Below, in pieces: positions 11,101 through 22,148 of a stretch of DNA of 64,000 nt. Numbering within the stretch: position 1 is the first letter of the stretch; every line of letters begins with the position of its first letter. The notes under the pieces are model-generated. The model was not told the origin of the DNA. It ran no database searches and saw only the letters and a program-made list of their open reading frames with translations. The DNA comes from Penicillus capitatus (taxonomy: Eukaryota > Plantae > Chlorophyta), in contig OZ287695.1 of assembly GCA_965649825.1 (NCBI GenBank), forward strand, positions 124,001-188,000, read 5' to 3'. The position numbers and the translations under genes were made by a program.

Positions 11101-13717
11101 GTAACTTTCCGAAGGACGTGGACCTGGGCATAGGAATCATGACGTTTTCTGACAATCATGCCGAAATAGCTGGAGGTGCAGTTTTTATTCAATACCGGGA
11201 CTATATCGATCATTTCAAGATGAAATGCACTCTGGCTGTGAATACGTCTTCCAGCGCAGTCTACTCGAAGATCTCTTCCTTGCCTGCAGCAGAATGCGAA
11301 CACATGGAAGGCAACACAGTGAAGGATGGTGGTTATGGACCGAACATTGCCACTCCTTCAACAGGATTCTTCGCCACGATATCTTTTCAAAACGAGACGA
11401 ACGATTCTCTGGCTGAAGGAGACAGCGGCGACCTTGGAGCCTGGAAGAGTGGCGATGAGTTACCCTTGATGGAGATCGTGGTGTACGACTCCTTTGGACA
11501 AAGATTGGCTCGAACACGGTCGCCCAGCGCGGAGGCCGTGTCTCTTTCGCCAGGTCAACCTCCGGTTACCTCATACGGTTTTCCTATTACGGCGCTGTTG
11601 CACTCGGAAGACTCGTTGTTTCAGAATGATCTAGTGTGTGATTTGACAGACGGACAGGGTATCCTCGTGATGGGATCGCCTCTCGTGGAACCTGGAAGCT
11701 ATTCTGCAAAGCTGGGAGTACATGGACTTTCAGATAGAGACATCACATTAACAGTCACTGCTCGCGAGTGTGTGATCAATGAATACCAACGAGACGACAA
11801 CAAGGAGTGCATCGAATGCGATCACAGACACTACAACTTCAACCCTACAGATGGAAGTTGCACAATCTGTCCAGAGAATGCCAACTGCACGGGGATGTAT
11901 GTACTTCCTGATCCTGGGAAGTGGAACTCCTTTCCGTGCTCGCATGAGATTCATCTCTGCCTGTATGAAGACGCTTGTCTTGGAATAGAAGAAGACAATT
12001 TCCGTCAGGAAGGTCTGCATGTCGACGAAGAGAAGAAAGACACGTGCGACTTCTCAGATGAAGCGATCGAGAAGTATCGAAAGGCCATGTGCGATGATGG
12101 CTACGAAGGTGTTCTCTGTGGGGCTTGCAATGAGAACTACGCCAAGATCGGACTGAGCCGGTGTCGGGAATGCCAAAATCGTTTTCTGATCGTGCTCGGC
12201 ATCGCGGTCACCATGGTTCTTCTGACGTATTCTTCCACAGAACAGATCGGCGGAAACCTGGATAACGTCAGATCGAGATGGGTAAGCCGCTTGGAACGGC
12301 TTCGAACGACGCCGACAGAGGCAGCCATCCTTGAAGTAATCAACCGAGCAGAGGCCGATAAGGAACACGTCGAAGTGGCACAGAAAGCGAAGGAGCGGTT
12401 TGTTCTTGTGCTTCAGGTAAGTATCAGTTCTCCTTCTGATTCTCATGAGTCGAGTCTTCGCTGCAGATCATGCTGAATTTCCTGCAGTCGATCTCTGCGG
12501 CGATGTCGATGGATTTCAAATGGTCACCATACATCGTTCAGCTGTTAACAACATGGAGTAAGAGCAAACGCGCCCTTACGAGTCGTTGACGCTTTTCACG
12601 CTGTGCAGATTGGATCAGTGGCACCATGTCCGACGTATCCACGTTCTCGTTTGAATGCTTGCTTCCTGCTCGTGGGTCGACTCCTGGGTCCATCATACAA
12701 ACTGCCCTCACAGTGATCGTCCCACTTTCCGTTACTGCCGCCATCTGTTCTTTCTGGGCTATCAGGACTGTCAGCCGACGCATGCCGTGGAAGTTCTTCG
12801 TCAAAAGGTGCATCCTGACTGCCGTCTCTGTTCTGTACATTTCCTATCTCTCTCTGGCCGAGACGGCCATTAACGTCTTCTACTGCATTGATGTTTTCGA
12901 TGAAGTCACGCTTGGTGGCGTCAATACTTCTCATTCTTATTGGGTTGCGGATACGTCTGTCACATGTTATGCTGGCAGCCACAGAGTTCTTGCCTACGTC
13001 GTTGCCGTTCCGCTTCTCGTGTTTGTTATTGTGTATCCACTTGTGTTGGCCGTCGTTATGGCGATCGCACATAAAAGAGGCAAGTTGCGATCCGACTGGA
13101 TCCAGTCGACGCTCGGGGTGCTTATGAATGGGTTCAAAACCGAGTTTGCTTTTTGGGATTGTACCATTTTGCTCAGGAAGGCTTTAATTGCCGCAGTCGT
13201 TGTGTTTGCTTACAAGTTTGATGTTGCGCTTCAGGCGACTTTGATGACTGCTATTTTTGTCTGCTCGATGTATCTGCACTTGGTTTTCCTTCCTTACCAG
13301 ACAAATGCCGGACCTCTGAATTTCCTCGAAGGGCTCAGTCTCTTCGTCTGTGGAACGACAGTCATGTCGGGTGTCATTCTCACTGACCCTCACACGACAT
13401 CAGAAATCGTCAAGTTCACTGTGGTGCTCTTTGTGTTTGCGAGTAACCTGATCGCCTTCTCGATCTTCGGTTACCATCTTTTGACTAACAAATACACTGA
13501 AATCAAGTACACTCTTCTTTGCGAAGGTGTTGACGTGGGAAACGGCGATGTCGCCGCTGTTCTGAAAGCCTATGTTCGACACAAAACGGAGAAAGTGCGA
13601 AACCTGAGCCGAAAGATCACGGAGAAGATGGCACCGTCCAGACGCAAGATGGCGGCGGTGGATGCTGCCGGCTCAGAATCGACGAGGAGCTTGCTCCCCT
13701 GTGACAGCACCAACTAG
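8142..13717 (+). CDS. Large cell-surface protein: signal peptide, Pmp-like/pectin-lyase-like beta-helix repeats (FxxN..GGA), Cys-rich region, multi-pass (~7 TM) C-terminus
   Basis: Signal peptide [20 protein letters not shown]; repeated FQKNSARADGGAF, FHGNSAETFGGAL, FTENTAMIGGAI, FVRNKATLYGGAV, FSDNHAEIAGGAV; Cys-rich ECIECDHRHYNF..CTICPENANC..CDDGYEGVLCGAC; several hydrophobic helices in the 12626-13717 ORF. Confidence 0.85.
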
Positions 13718-14823
13718 ATTCAATGGTCTTCTCCTCCGGAAGCGGACCTATTTCATTGACGTTAGAAGCTTGATGCTTAAAACTTCCTGTTTGTTTTCCC
13801 GATTCGATTATGAGGATAAAGGCGAGTGCGACAAGTCGTCGTCGGTTGATGTTCGAGTAACAATACTCCATTTTAATGAGACAGTCGCCTGTGGGTTTAA
13901 AATGCGAGTGTCACATCGCGAACGCACACGAACTGTTTCAATTCGCCGTCGGCATCTACAAAAGGAGGTTTGTACATACAAACGTCACGTCATGTTCAAC
14001 GAGAACGGCAGAACTACATAAGTAGTTCTGTATTGTTCAGCATGCAGCAAAGTGTCAAATAGACACATGACATGGACGCCGATCACACTCTTCAGTTGTT
14101 CCTCTTTGTGACACATCTGTGCATACAGACGACCATCAAGATTCCTCCAAACAAGGCGAATGCATGTTTCGAAGTTCGAGTTGCCACTGAATGCGTCGCA
14201 ACATCTTCAACAGATGGTGGATCCGCGATCAAGCAACGCTGTAGTGCACGAAGAGACGGTGAGAGTGGAAAGGGGATTGGCGCATATGCAGCCATTCCAG
14301 CCAAAGCAGTCGGAGTTTGACGAGAACCGAAATCTTTCGGACCATCCGCTGCCAGATGTTCACGAATACGAACTGTACGAATGGTCCAAAGATCTAATTA
14401 ACGGGACAGGATAAACAACAAACAGCTATGACGATACTTGCGTTCAAGTGGAGAACACTCCTCATTCAAGATTCGTCCACGCGTGGTCGGTTACAAGAAC
14501 TGCTGAATAATGCGTGATGCGTGATGAAAGGGAGAATGTTCTGATATAACAGTAATCATAGAAAGAGTACGATTGTGGAGGTAGATCGCTCTATCTAGGT
14601 CTGTTTAAACATTTGAATGTCTTCATCGAGACACATCGTCGCTGCCACTGCCACAGACTCCGCATCGTCTCCCGCTGTAGAGACGACGCTCTCAAAATGG
14701 CGATCGCCACCAACAGAGGTGGAACTGCTGGTAGTGGTAGAGGTTGATCGTCGCTCCTCCATCGATGCGTTCCTTCATCGCACCTTCTTCTCCTCATCAC
14801 CCCCGAACCAACACAGATCTCAC

Positions 14824-15072
14824 CTTCATCGTCTATGTGTGTCCATTTGCTACCTCAACGTGAAGTGGTGATTGCTAATGAGCGTTGATACCGTCGATCG
14901 GCGCTCCCACACAGATGACCTCCTTCAACGTCAGGTGAGCTGTTCATGAGATCTGATGAAGGATCATCTTTCTACGCGTGTTATTCGTCTGTCCGCTTCC
15001 GACAGCAATGTGCAATGCCGTCTGTCCAGCAGCATTCAGGACATCCATCACCGCTCCAGTATTCTTGAGTTT
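14824..15072 (-). pseudogene. Decayed ankyrin-repeat gene fragment
   Basis: Minus strand reads KLKNTGAVMDVLNAAGQTALHIAVGSGQT, then EVICVGAPIDGINAH*QSPLHVEVANGHT*TMK followed by a GTGAG donor: two ankyrin repeats, with two in-frame TAG stops in the second. Confidence 0.55.
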
Positions 15073-15246
15073 CTGCAAGAAAACGGTGTTCGTTGATGAA
15101 ATCAAAGGGACACGGGCTCCACCAGTGCGATTTCGCGTCGCCTTGGTCGCTCTCTTGACGCCGTTCCGTCAAAACGAACTTCGATGATGCATGATTGCGT
15201 CCATTTTGTAACGCCGTTGCTTTTTTTCTGTCTCTCGCGCAATCAA

Positions 15247-16816
15247 ATGAAGTGCAATGCCTGTTGGGCAGATATCGAGCCCAAGACTCGGGCCGTAGCC
15301 TCAACATGCGGCCATCTCTTCTGTACGTCCGATCGGATCCGTTACAAAGCTCGAGCGAGTGTACGTCGACAGGCATCAAGTGCGCTCAGGCCATCGTCGA
15401 GTCCGACAGCTCCTGTCCCGTCTGCGAGGCACTCATTACTAAAAAGTAACACGATAGATCTGTTTTCATGGAGACTGATCTCTACATGACTCGACAGCAC
15501 TGTAAAGCTCGTGACGATTCTGCAAGAACCGGCCGATTGTCGAGTGAAATGGTAGTCTGCGACATGGGCAGATGTTTGAAGAGTGATACCTTTTAGTTGC
15601 ATCTGTGTGGACAGACGCCAGAGACGGCGTTGAATAGTGCCCTGGCTGCTGTGAACTTCTACATGAAGCAACAGGAACTGCATTATCAGATGCGCGAATC
15701 ACACATCAAGAGCAAACTGCAGAAAGTTCAGGAGCAATGCAAGCAGAGACTGGCCGAAGTACACAACGGATATCAAATGGTGCGGCGCCAACAGAGAGAT
15801 CTCATCCCTCGTTACACACGAGTCTTTCTGTCGTACAGGCAAAGCGAAAGTATCAGGAAGTGGTGGAACAGAAGCATGCATTGGAGAGGGACAATGCAGA
15901 ACTGCAACAGAAATATGCTCAGAAGGCCACGTGTGTCTACGTGCCCTCGCTGTCAGTAGCATGTATCCTTGTATGTTCACAGACAAGCGAAGAAACTGCA
16001 GGAGATGCTGAAAACGTCAAAGGAAGATCACAAGCAGCATCGGACAAGCGGAGGCAGCCGGCACAGCAAACAGAGTGGAAACAGAGGGTTCCCGTCACAT
16101 CAGCTGCCGCACGATCCCTTCAAAGTTGAGCCTTCATCTCGCTGTATCTAAGGCGGACAGTGTCGGAGCAGGTTCGATCCTCGCCGCCTCCAATGCGTGG
16201 ACTGGGGGATGATCTCCAAACGGATGAAAATCTTGCGCCGATGCACCTCCACCATCGGAGGAAGACATTAAGTCTCCACCCAAAACAACGGTCACGACAC
16301 TGAATCTATGCGTTTATAGGTCGAGACTCGAGAGAACGATCCACGTGAGACATCTCTTGACGAGAGATACAGGGATGGAATGTCACATCGTATCGTTTTA
16401 GGTCACTTGGGCATCCTCATCACAAGCCATTCAAAGATTCCCGTCAAGAGGGACATCTGAAACGCAGAAGAGGTCCAGGAGTCATGCCACTGGATGAGAT
16501 GGCGGAACCCTCTCGACTAGCACATCCACAGCAGAACAGATCCACCTTTCTGTCGAGGCTCGGTACAGTGACCCTGTTTCGTGACCTCTATCAGCTTGGA
16601 GGTGAGCAGGATCGCCGGATGGTTTGGCAAGTTTCTGATGCTATTGGACAGATCGTCACGTGCACTTCCACCTGGCATACGTTAACGCGCATTGTTCACC
16701 TTCCAGACACGCCTGTAAACAACCTGCCGTTTTCAACGCGGAAAGAATTCTCGTCTGCGTTATCTTTTCCCAGGAGAGCAGACATCAGGCATCACCAGAA
16801 AGCTCCAAACAATTGA
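15247..16816 (+). CDS. HEI10: HEI10/CCNB1IP1 RING E3 ligase (meiotic crossover protein)
   Basis: MKCNACWADIEPKTRAVASTCGHLFC..CPVCEALITK RING, then CGQTPETALNSALAAVNFYMKQQEL and coiled coil EVHNGYQM..LQQKYAQKARQAKKLQEM, collinear with plant HEI10 (MRCNACW..STTCGHLLC..RQKRKLDEMY). The 3' end is approximate. Confidence 0.88.
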
Positions 16817-17087
16817 CGTCGAGACACGTCGTGAGGATGGTATACGTCGAATGCACACTTTGACGCTTATCCCGTGCATGGACGATTCCTTCACCTGCAT
16901 CTACGGTTACCTCCGACATCTCTGTTTCCATTAAAGCCATGTATGGCGCCAATAAATGCCAACCCGTTCGGCTTCACGATAGATCCTTTTCACTTGCTTA
17001 TTGCTAAGGTGACTGTCAGAGACGAACGGTTACGGAGACATTCGACTTTGACTTGTTCAATTGCCTTTCAGTGTAGACAACTGAGAG

Positions 17088-19723
17088 ATGCGTCCGTTGG
17101 GTTTCGCAGTGCTCTGCTTTATTACCCTCACATGTCCCCAACTGTCTGCCATCCAAGGTAAATAGATCATCCGCCATTGTTCGCGTTTCTCCGCTTCCAA
17201 CGGACGCATTCCGACGCATCTCTCGGCGGCAGGCGATCACGAAGCCTTGCATGCATCGGACGATGTGATGACGACTCCAACGCATTTCACTAGAAGGCTG
17301 AAGGGCATTAACGAAATACTTCAAGACTTCCACATAGAAGAGAACGTACGTGCCTTGGACCTGGCGTTTGTATGAACGGCCATGCGTTTACCTATCCTTG
17401 GCCATATCACCCTTTCTTCGCATGCATGGTGTTCCGACCTCATGCGATCTCCATCTCAACGATCTTTTCTGAGATGAATACACTTTGTCGAATCGTTGGG
17501 TGTTCAGATGGACATTGCATGATAGGTTGTTCTGGATGGCTCCATCACGAGTCCAAGCCATTCTTCCAAAAGAACGAAAAAGGCGTCCGCTGTGGAGGAA
17601 GACACGGCGACGAGCAATGATGCAGAGATATCCGATTACACGAAGAAGCTTCAGCACATGACGAAAAGACAGCTGACGAGAGTGCTGCTTTCCTGATGAT
17701 GATCTTCTACTTCGTTCATCGTGTCTGGTCTGCAGGAAATGATCAATGTGATCTCGGTGGACGATGTTAAGAAAGCGAAGCGGATCCTGAAGCAGGGACT
17801 GAATGTGAATGCTGTCTGCGATAATCCCCAACTCTCACTCTATCCATTGATCACGCACAGTACCATTCTGCATTGGGCAGCTTACTACGATGCTGTCCAG
17901 ATTACGGAGGTGAGCTGACTAGATGGAGTATACCGCAAATGAGGCATCTATGTCGCGCAGCTGTTGGTGCGCAACGGAGCGGATGTCAATTTGATGAACT
18001 CAAGGAAATGCACACCGCTTCACGTGGCGGCCTGGTTCGGTCGCGCCGCCGTTGCAAGGGTGAGTTATCCAGAAAACCTCATATGATCTGTATGATCGGC
18101 TTCGATTTGATGGATGCGCGCATTGCTCTGCACAGACCACCATGCCTTGGCTCACGTTGCCTCTTCAAAGAGATTCTGTTGTGCGATTTGAATGAACGAT
18201 GGTCTGTGGCTGTCTTCAGATTCTGTTGGAGGCAGGAGCCGAAACAGAAGTCGTCGACATTCAGGGATGGACACCTGTGTACTATGCAACGCGCAAGGGC
18301 GAGATCGAGATCGTGAAAGTGAGACCAGAGATTTACTCTCTTCGCTGATCAACATCGCCTCTGCTTTGCAGATTCTGTTAGATGCTGGTACCAATATCAA
18401 CCGAGGCTACAGTTATGGATGGACAGCTCTGCACAGAGCAGTTTTTGACAAAAGCCTCGAACTCGTCGAAGTGATCTGAACGCATCATCCAGATCCAGAA
18501 TTCAGCATTCGCCTCTCGCTCGATGCACTTTAGGTTCTCATCGAATACGGAGCACATATCGAAGCCACGAATGCTGACTGGGCAACACCACTGTACTTTG
18601 CCGTTCAACGCGACTGTTTCGAGATTGCCAAGGCAGAGAATGCGTTTTGTGTGGCCAGAAATCGGAACGCATATCATATAGGTGCTCATTGCCAGCGGCG
18701 CCAATGTCAATTCAGCCACACGGTTGTCGTGGACACCGTTGATTATGGCCTCGTCTCATGGAGACACCGCCTTTGTTAAAGTACGACACTTCACGCACGG
18801 AAGGACGTGTTTCCAAACAGCTTCATCGATTCCTTTAGATGCTCATTCGCCGCGGCGCAGATGTCAATGCGAAAACCAGATCCCATATGAGCGCTCTGAC
18901 TATTGCTGCCAATAGGGGCCACATTAAGATCGTGAAGGTGCGGGGCAGATTCTGTGGATCGAGTGAAAACGATTCTGGGATGGTCTGAAGATGCTCTTGT
19001 CTCACGGAGCAGATGTTAATGCCCAAACCAAAGATGGCAGTACTCCAATCCACGGCCCCTCTCGTGACGGTTACATCGAAATCGTCAAGGTACAGAACGT
19101 CTGAATAGCGCCCTGCCCGTACACCAAAGGATTCGACAGATTCTGATCGACTACGGGGCCGATGTCAATTCGAAAGACAGCTGGATGTGGAGCCCTTTAC
19201 ACAAGGCCGCTTTCTGCGGTCACTTGAGAATCGTCCAAGTAAGACAGCAGTCGTGCACGAGATGTTGTGCAGAACGATTGCAGATGCTTCTGGACAATGA
19301 CGCCGATGTCAACGCCCTTGATGTCGATGGAAGAACGCCCCTGCACTGCGCGTCCGAAAAGGGACATGTCAAGATGACAACGGTATTCCCGATGCAGTCC
19401 AGCAACCCATCGCAGCAAGGGATGCGTTTCTAGCTTCTTCTCTCCCGCAAGGCTGACATCAATGTAAAAGACACCAGTGGCAAAACGCCACTTCATACGG
19501 CGTCCTTCCAAGGACACCTCACCGTTGCAAAGGTTCGTTCTTCCGGTATGGGATTTTCTGATCTTCAACACAGAAGTGCTTCTAGGTTCTGATCAAGAGC
19601 GGCGCGTCTAAGAAGGTGAAGGATGAAGAAGGGAACACGCCTCGAGATGTCGTGTGTCGTTTTTCATTGGCCGACTGTTCGCCCGAGACATCGGCAGCCC
19701 TCGAACGCTTGCTGTCTTGGTGA
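17088..19723 (+). CDS. Signal-peptide ankyrin-repeat protein without a protease domain (N-cap exon, 10 single-repeat exons, C-cap)
   Basis: MRPLGFAVLCFITLTCPQLSAIQG signal peptide; acidic linker; 58-aa cap exon ending TILHWAAYYDAVQITE; ten 33-aa repeat exons; terminal exon GNTPRDVVCRFSLADCSPETSAALERLLSW*. The link between the signal exon and the ankyrin exons is inferred from phase-compatible splice sites. Confidence 0.8.
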
Positions 19724-20187
19724 ACAGTCCGCATTTTCCATTTCCAGTATATTCTTGCCTATTTTGATGATGAATGGCGTCAGAAGGTTCTTTGCCATTC
19801 TGCTGCAAAATGATGAAGCAGGGGGACATTCTCTCCCTCTCTCAACGAATGAACTGCGTTAGCTTTGGATGGCGGCTGCCAGAAGTATTATGCGTAGAAG
19901 TATTCTAGTCTCTATTCTAGAGAGATTTTGGCCATAACCGTCGTCAGAGATTGGTTATATGAAACGACCTTGCATGGATTCGGAACAAGCATGTTGTTTG
20001 CAAATGATGTTCCACAGACAGTACCAGAGCGCGAATTCGAAATCCTCAAACGTATAGATCAACGCACGTTTCTCCATAGACTCTCGATATATTTCACATA
20101 TTGTTCTTCTAGAAGCACAGGCCTTGCTTGCATCACACCAGAGGAATGCACGCATCCGACATCGATCGAATACAGAGCACAGCATGT

Positions 20188-21917
20188 CTACAGTCCTCTC
20201 ATGGCTTCGCGAAGTCGAGCACTCCATGCCAAGAACGCGTTATCGACTGATTGGTACTTATCTCGAACCCGCTGCATGTCGTGTTGATGTCGTTCTCTTA
20301 TCTCCTTTGTCTTCTCATGCCAACCCTGTATCTGATACCGCCCTTCAGCAACTGCTGTTTTCTCCACGTTTTCGTTCTCGGCCTCAGCCTCGGCCTTCTC
20401 TGCCTGCTTGGCAACTATCTCATGCTCCAACTTCTTCCGACTCGCCTCGAGCTGATGAGCAGATCCCGGTGCACGATGACCTCGTGGCAGGATGATCGCA
20501 TGCATACCTCGTCGCTCGCTTTGCGAAGCTGCCCCGAAGCTTGATCGTATCTGCAGCTCAATGACTTGATGTCATGAACAATGCTCTGATAGGTTGCATG
20601 GGCCTGATCACACTCTCGCTGCTGTTCTTTGCTTTTCTTCGACACTTCTTTCTTCGACGACTTGGCCGCCTCGATCTGACTCAACAATTCGAGGTTCTCC
20701 TCCATACGCTTCCCCAACTGCACGGCAACGTCATACAGGAAGCAAGGAATACGAAGGTCACCTCCTGAATCCATGCGACTTCTTCTGCGAGTTGGGAATC
20801 CCTCGAGAGCAGTTTCGTTGCGTCGTCTCTCGCCTCAGCGAGTTTCTGCGACAGATCACTCAATCTTGTCTGAATCTTGCTCGGCGACTGCGGCACGACA
20901 ACGGATCCACATCCACTACGGCAAAGGGGCTATCCGTGCTCACGCACCTGCACGATCTGATCCTCCAGATTCTCGCGTTCCTGAATCATCGTGTTCTTTT
21001 CGAACGTTGCTCCAGCGATCTCGTCTTTGAGTTTGTTCACTGCAGATCTCAATCCGTTTTGCTACAGGGATTCTTTTGGTTTTGCCTCAAAGCGAAGAAA
21101 CCAGAGAGTGACTTGGTTGAAGAGATGGTCGTGCGTTTTGCTCAGCTGCACACACTGCTGACGTCGTTTCTGCCTCTCCGGCTCCATCCCTTCGGCTTCT
21201 TTGCGCTCAGCCTCGTGCATCTCTTTGATGCGCATCAGCTCTGTTCTCTGCCAATGAACATCTATCTCCCCTGATGAAGAGCCTCATCTTTGAAGGTGCA
21301 CCTTCTTTCGAGCAGCCTCTTCTAGGTAACGTCGTTCTTCCGAGATGGCACCCTGTTGCTCTGCACATTTCTACAGAAGAAAGAGTGAGATGGATGCAAA
21401 TGAAGGATTGATCAACAGAACCTGCAGAATCTCCAAACGCTCCCCACGAAAACGCAGGAAATTCATCAGTCCACTCAACTGCGCCATGAATCTGGCACCC
21501 TCTGGCCGAATCAGATCCTGAAATGCATTGTCTGTGGATAGTGGATACGCCGACAGCCAGATCCCACTTCGAGACAGAAGTCCTTGACCATGATCTTGCC
21601 AAAAATCTTCTGAAGGCGAGAGAAGAAAGCGATGCGCGGCGCGGCGTCCGTGTAGAGTTCGGGAAAGTCCGTCCAGCTGAGAGAGGAATAGTCAAACCTT
21701 CGAAAACACAGTTCAACGAAACGCGATGCTGAACAACTGGGCGGATCTACGGAATGGATCCCACGAGCAGCTGAACGGTGGATTCGAATACGCGCTGGAC
21801 GACGTCTGGCGTTGGCCGCTCGAGATCAGAAACGTGGACGTCAATGGAGAGGAAACCCGATAGCATTTGTCGAAGCTCCTGCGGCTTGAGGAGTGGAAAG
21901 GGAAGCTCTTTGGGCAT
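20188..21917 (-). CDS. NUF2: Kinetochore NDC80-complex subunit Nuf2
   Basis: MPKELPFPLLKPQEL..DLERPTPDVVQRVF; DFPELYTDAAPRIAFFSRLQKIF..KDFCLEDLIRPEGARFMAQLSGLMNFLRFRGERL (Nuf2 calponin-homology signature); long C-terminal coiled coil. Confidence 0.85.
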
Positions 21918-22148
21918 GGTGACAGAAAAACGTCAGCGACGTCCACCTCATGACGTTACTAGTGGACGGTACATCTATCCTCATCTGCAGCCACGAGATG
22001 GACGTCTTTTCACGTTAGGCTGAATAACCGCGGAAGACGCGTTTAAACGGATAGGCCTGTCAAGTCACACCGCTACCTGTTTCGTGCCGAACACGCATAA
22101 AAGTCGATCGTTATCTGTTTGCCTTTTCTCCCCGGAACGTAAAGATCA

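Noticed and set aside
13750-14600. ORFs 14092-14304 (-) and 14160-14414 (+)
   Set aside because: Overlapping, short and without family signal; I cannot choose a strand or support coding status.
14824-14900. In-frame TAG codons in an ankyrin repeat suggesting TAR=Gln recoding, as in some Ulvophyceae
   Set aside because: Argonaute ends at the canonical MFFV followed by TAG, and long exons (e.g. 619 codons) contain no internal TAA/TAG; the standard code plus pseudogenisation explains the stops.
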